Assembly: GCA_016209385.1 (NCBI GenBank)
Contig: JACQWB010000205.1
Coordinates: 1 to 50,243 of the forward strand
Reading direction: 5' to 3'
DNA from: Candidatus Rokuibacteriota bacterium
GTDB lineage: Bacteria; Methylomirabilota; Methylomirabilia; Rokubacteriales; CSP1-6
Length of the DNA: 50,243 nucleotides
In this document: in pieces, positions 48,850 to 50,243 of the stretch
Layout of the letters: each line of letters begins with the position of its first letter
How positions within the stretch are numbered: the first letter of the stretch is position 1
Program-made: the position numbers and the translations under genes
Notes under the pieces: model-generated
Databases searched by the model: none
The model's input: the letters and a program-made list of their open reading frames with translations, nothing else
What the model was told of the DNA's origin: nothing

Positions 48850-49930
48850 ACGGTTCGAAGCTGCCAGCGTTCCCGAGGCCCTCGCGGCCGTCCGTCGGGA
48901 ACTCGGGGAAGACGCCGTCCTCCTTCACACCAAGACGCTCCCGCCGGCGGGCCTCGGGCGCCTCTTCGGCCGGCCGCGCGTGGAGGTGCTCGCGGCCCTC
49001 GACGGCGCGGTGCCTCACGTGGTGCCACCGGCTCGGGCGGCCCGCGCGGGAGCGGCGCAGGCAAACCCGGCGAGGCTGCCCGCAGGGCTCAAGGAGTTCG
49101 ACGCCGGCGGCACCGGCGCGCTCGCCGGCCGCAAGGCTGCGGCGGATCACATCCGTTTTCCCGCGCCGCTCCAGGTCTTCTACCATCGCCTCTGCGAGCA
49201 AGACGTTTCCGACGCGACCGCGCAGACCTTCCTCCGGACCCTCCAACGCAAAGGCGGCAAAGTGACCGCGGCTGCCACGACACGACTTCTGGCGGACCGC
49301 CTGCCCGTCGCGCCCAGCCGGTGGGATCGGGCCGGCCGGCGGGCTCTACGGATCGCCTTCGTCGGTCCGACCGGCGCAGGGAAGACCACGACGATGGCAA
49401 AGGTCGCGGCGACGGCTCAGCTCACCCATGGGCGGAAGATCGGTCTCGTGACCATGGACACCTATCGGATCGGAGCCATCCCTCAACTCAAGGTCTACGC
49501 GGATCTGCTGAAGAGCCCCCTCCAGGTCGTTACCGAGCCCGATGAGATGGACCGGGCACTCGCCGCGCTGGACAGCCAGGACCTGGTGTTCATCGACACC
49601 ATCGGCCGGAGCCCTCTGGGCTCGTCCGTGGACAAGCTCGTGCCCTTCCTCGACGCCGCCCACGCCGACGAGGTCCACCTCGTCCTGCCCGCAACCACAC
49701 GCTCGGTCGACCTCCTCGGAGCCGCCAAGGGCTTCGCCAGGCTCCGACCCAACCGGCTCTGCTTCACCAAGCTCGACGAGACCTCGCACTACGGAGGCAT
49801 CCTGAGCGTGAGCCACGCGACCGCCCTCCCCCTCACCTGGCTCGGCATCGGACAGGAGGTCCCCGACGACCTGGAGGAAGCTCGGCCAGAGCGGATCGCG
49901 ACCGCGATCGTCTCGGGAAACGCCGCATGA
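48839..49930 (+). CDS. flhF: Flagellar SRP-family GTPase FlhF
   Basis: EALAAVRRELGEDAVLL, GPTGAGKTTT, DTYRIGA, DTIGR, TKLDET, GQEVPDDL. Confidence 0.95.
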   Translation: MLLKRFEAASVPEALAAVRRELGEDAVLLHTKTLPPAGLGRLFGRPRVEVLAALDGAVPHVVPPARAARAGAAQANPARLPAGLKEFDAGGTGALAGRKAAADHIRFPAPLQVFYHRLCEQDVSDATAQTFLRTLQRKGGKVTAAATTRLLADRLPVAPSRWDRAGRRALRIAFVGPTGAGKTTTMAKVAATAQLTHGRKIGLVTMDTYRIGAIPQLKVYADLLKSPLQVVTEPDEMDRALAALDSQDLVFIDTIGRSPLGSSVDKLVPFLDAAHADEVHLVLPATTRSVDLLGAAKGFARLRPNRLCFTKLDETSHYGGILSVSHATALPLTWLGIGQEVPDDLEEARPERIATAIVSGNAA

Positions 49931-49963
49931 GAAACCCGGCATCACTAATCTGCCCCGGGGCCT

Positions 49964-50111
49964 TTCGAGCGCGTACCCATGCCTCCGGCACACCCCGGCC
50001 TCCGGCCCGGGTACCCGCCCGGCCCGCGCAATTTCACTCGGGCCTCGCCTCGTGGCTCTCCTCGCCTGCGGCTCGTCGGGAGCCCCTCGGCTCGAACTGC
50101 CACCGGGGGAG
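49964..50111. repeat. Composite family A+B repeat truncated by the IS end
   Basis: A-type ...cccgcgcaa, then a reversed B unit (50036-50101), then gggggag. The expected hairpin 2 is replaced by foreign sequence from 50112. Confidence 0.85.
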
Positions 50112-50243
50112 ACTTTCTATGACCCTTGTCAAGAACTTTTTTTTTCACGGTCACGCCGCCCGGCGTAACTGCTGCCGCGCCATGGTCGCCAGGTGGTAGG
50201 TCTCGTCGTATGGCACCTGCCGACTCCACATGACGAAGATGAC
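50110..50243 (-). mobile_element. Right end of a probable IS110-family insertion sequence (continues beyond the window)
   Basis: Minus strand: transposase-like C-terminus, stop, A-run, TTGACA (50132-50127), 15 nt, then CT (50111-50110) joining repeat DNA. No terminal inverted repeat is testable within the window. Confidence 0.7.
50151..50243 (-). CDS. C-terminal 30 aa of a probable IS110-family transposase (partial; absent from the ORF track)
   Basis: Manual translation VIFVMWSRQVPYDETYHLATMARQQLRRAA* resembles the (I/L)xxMW...PYD tail of IS110 recombinases. This is pattern recall, not a database search. Confidence 0.68.
   Translation of the reverse strand, partial: VIFVMWSRQVPYDETYHLATMARQQLRRAA

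Noticed and set aside
49945-50229. 94-aa minus-strand ORF in the ORF track
   Set aside because: It is mostly translated repeat DNA. A different minus frame ending at 50151 gives the transposase-like C-terminus.

Overview
GC-rich bacterial window. The host cannot be proven from the sequence; the giant multi-GAF kinases and G/C-run palindromic repeats suggest a Rokubacteria/Methylomirabilota-like lineage (inference). Layout: (i) 1-2 kb: tatA/B-family gene with an Ada-like Zn-finger tail, an LMW phosphatase and a methyltransferase. (ii) 2-29.6 kb: a signalling island with 7 histidine kinases (one a 1733-aa, 7-GAF+PAS hybrid), 2 sigma54 activators, a lone receiver, a REC-Fis protein, STAS, GNAT, a methyltransferase, a secreted protein, HDOD, motAB and an RHH-RelE toxin-antitoxin insert. 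(iii) 29.6-49.9 kb: a co-oriented flagellar cluster, flgBC-fliEFGHIJ-motE/ylxF-like-fliK-flgDE-flbD-fliLMY-fliOPQR-flhBA-flhF. (iv) At the right edge: the 3' end of a probable IS110 element. The genes do not explain two interleaved families of modular hairpin repeats. Family A is intergenic and REP/BIME-like. Family B enters coding sequence in frame in three genes. The IS110 end abuts a family-A repeat at a CT dinucleotide, and its TTGACA lies 17 nt from where a circle-junction -10 would begin. This suggests an IS110 that targets this repeat family. No tRNA, rRNA or CRISPR array was found.
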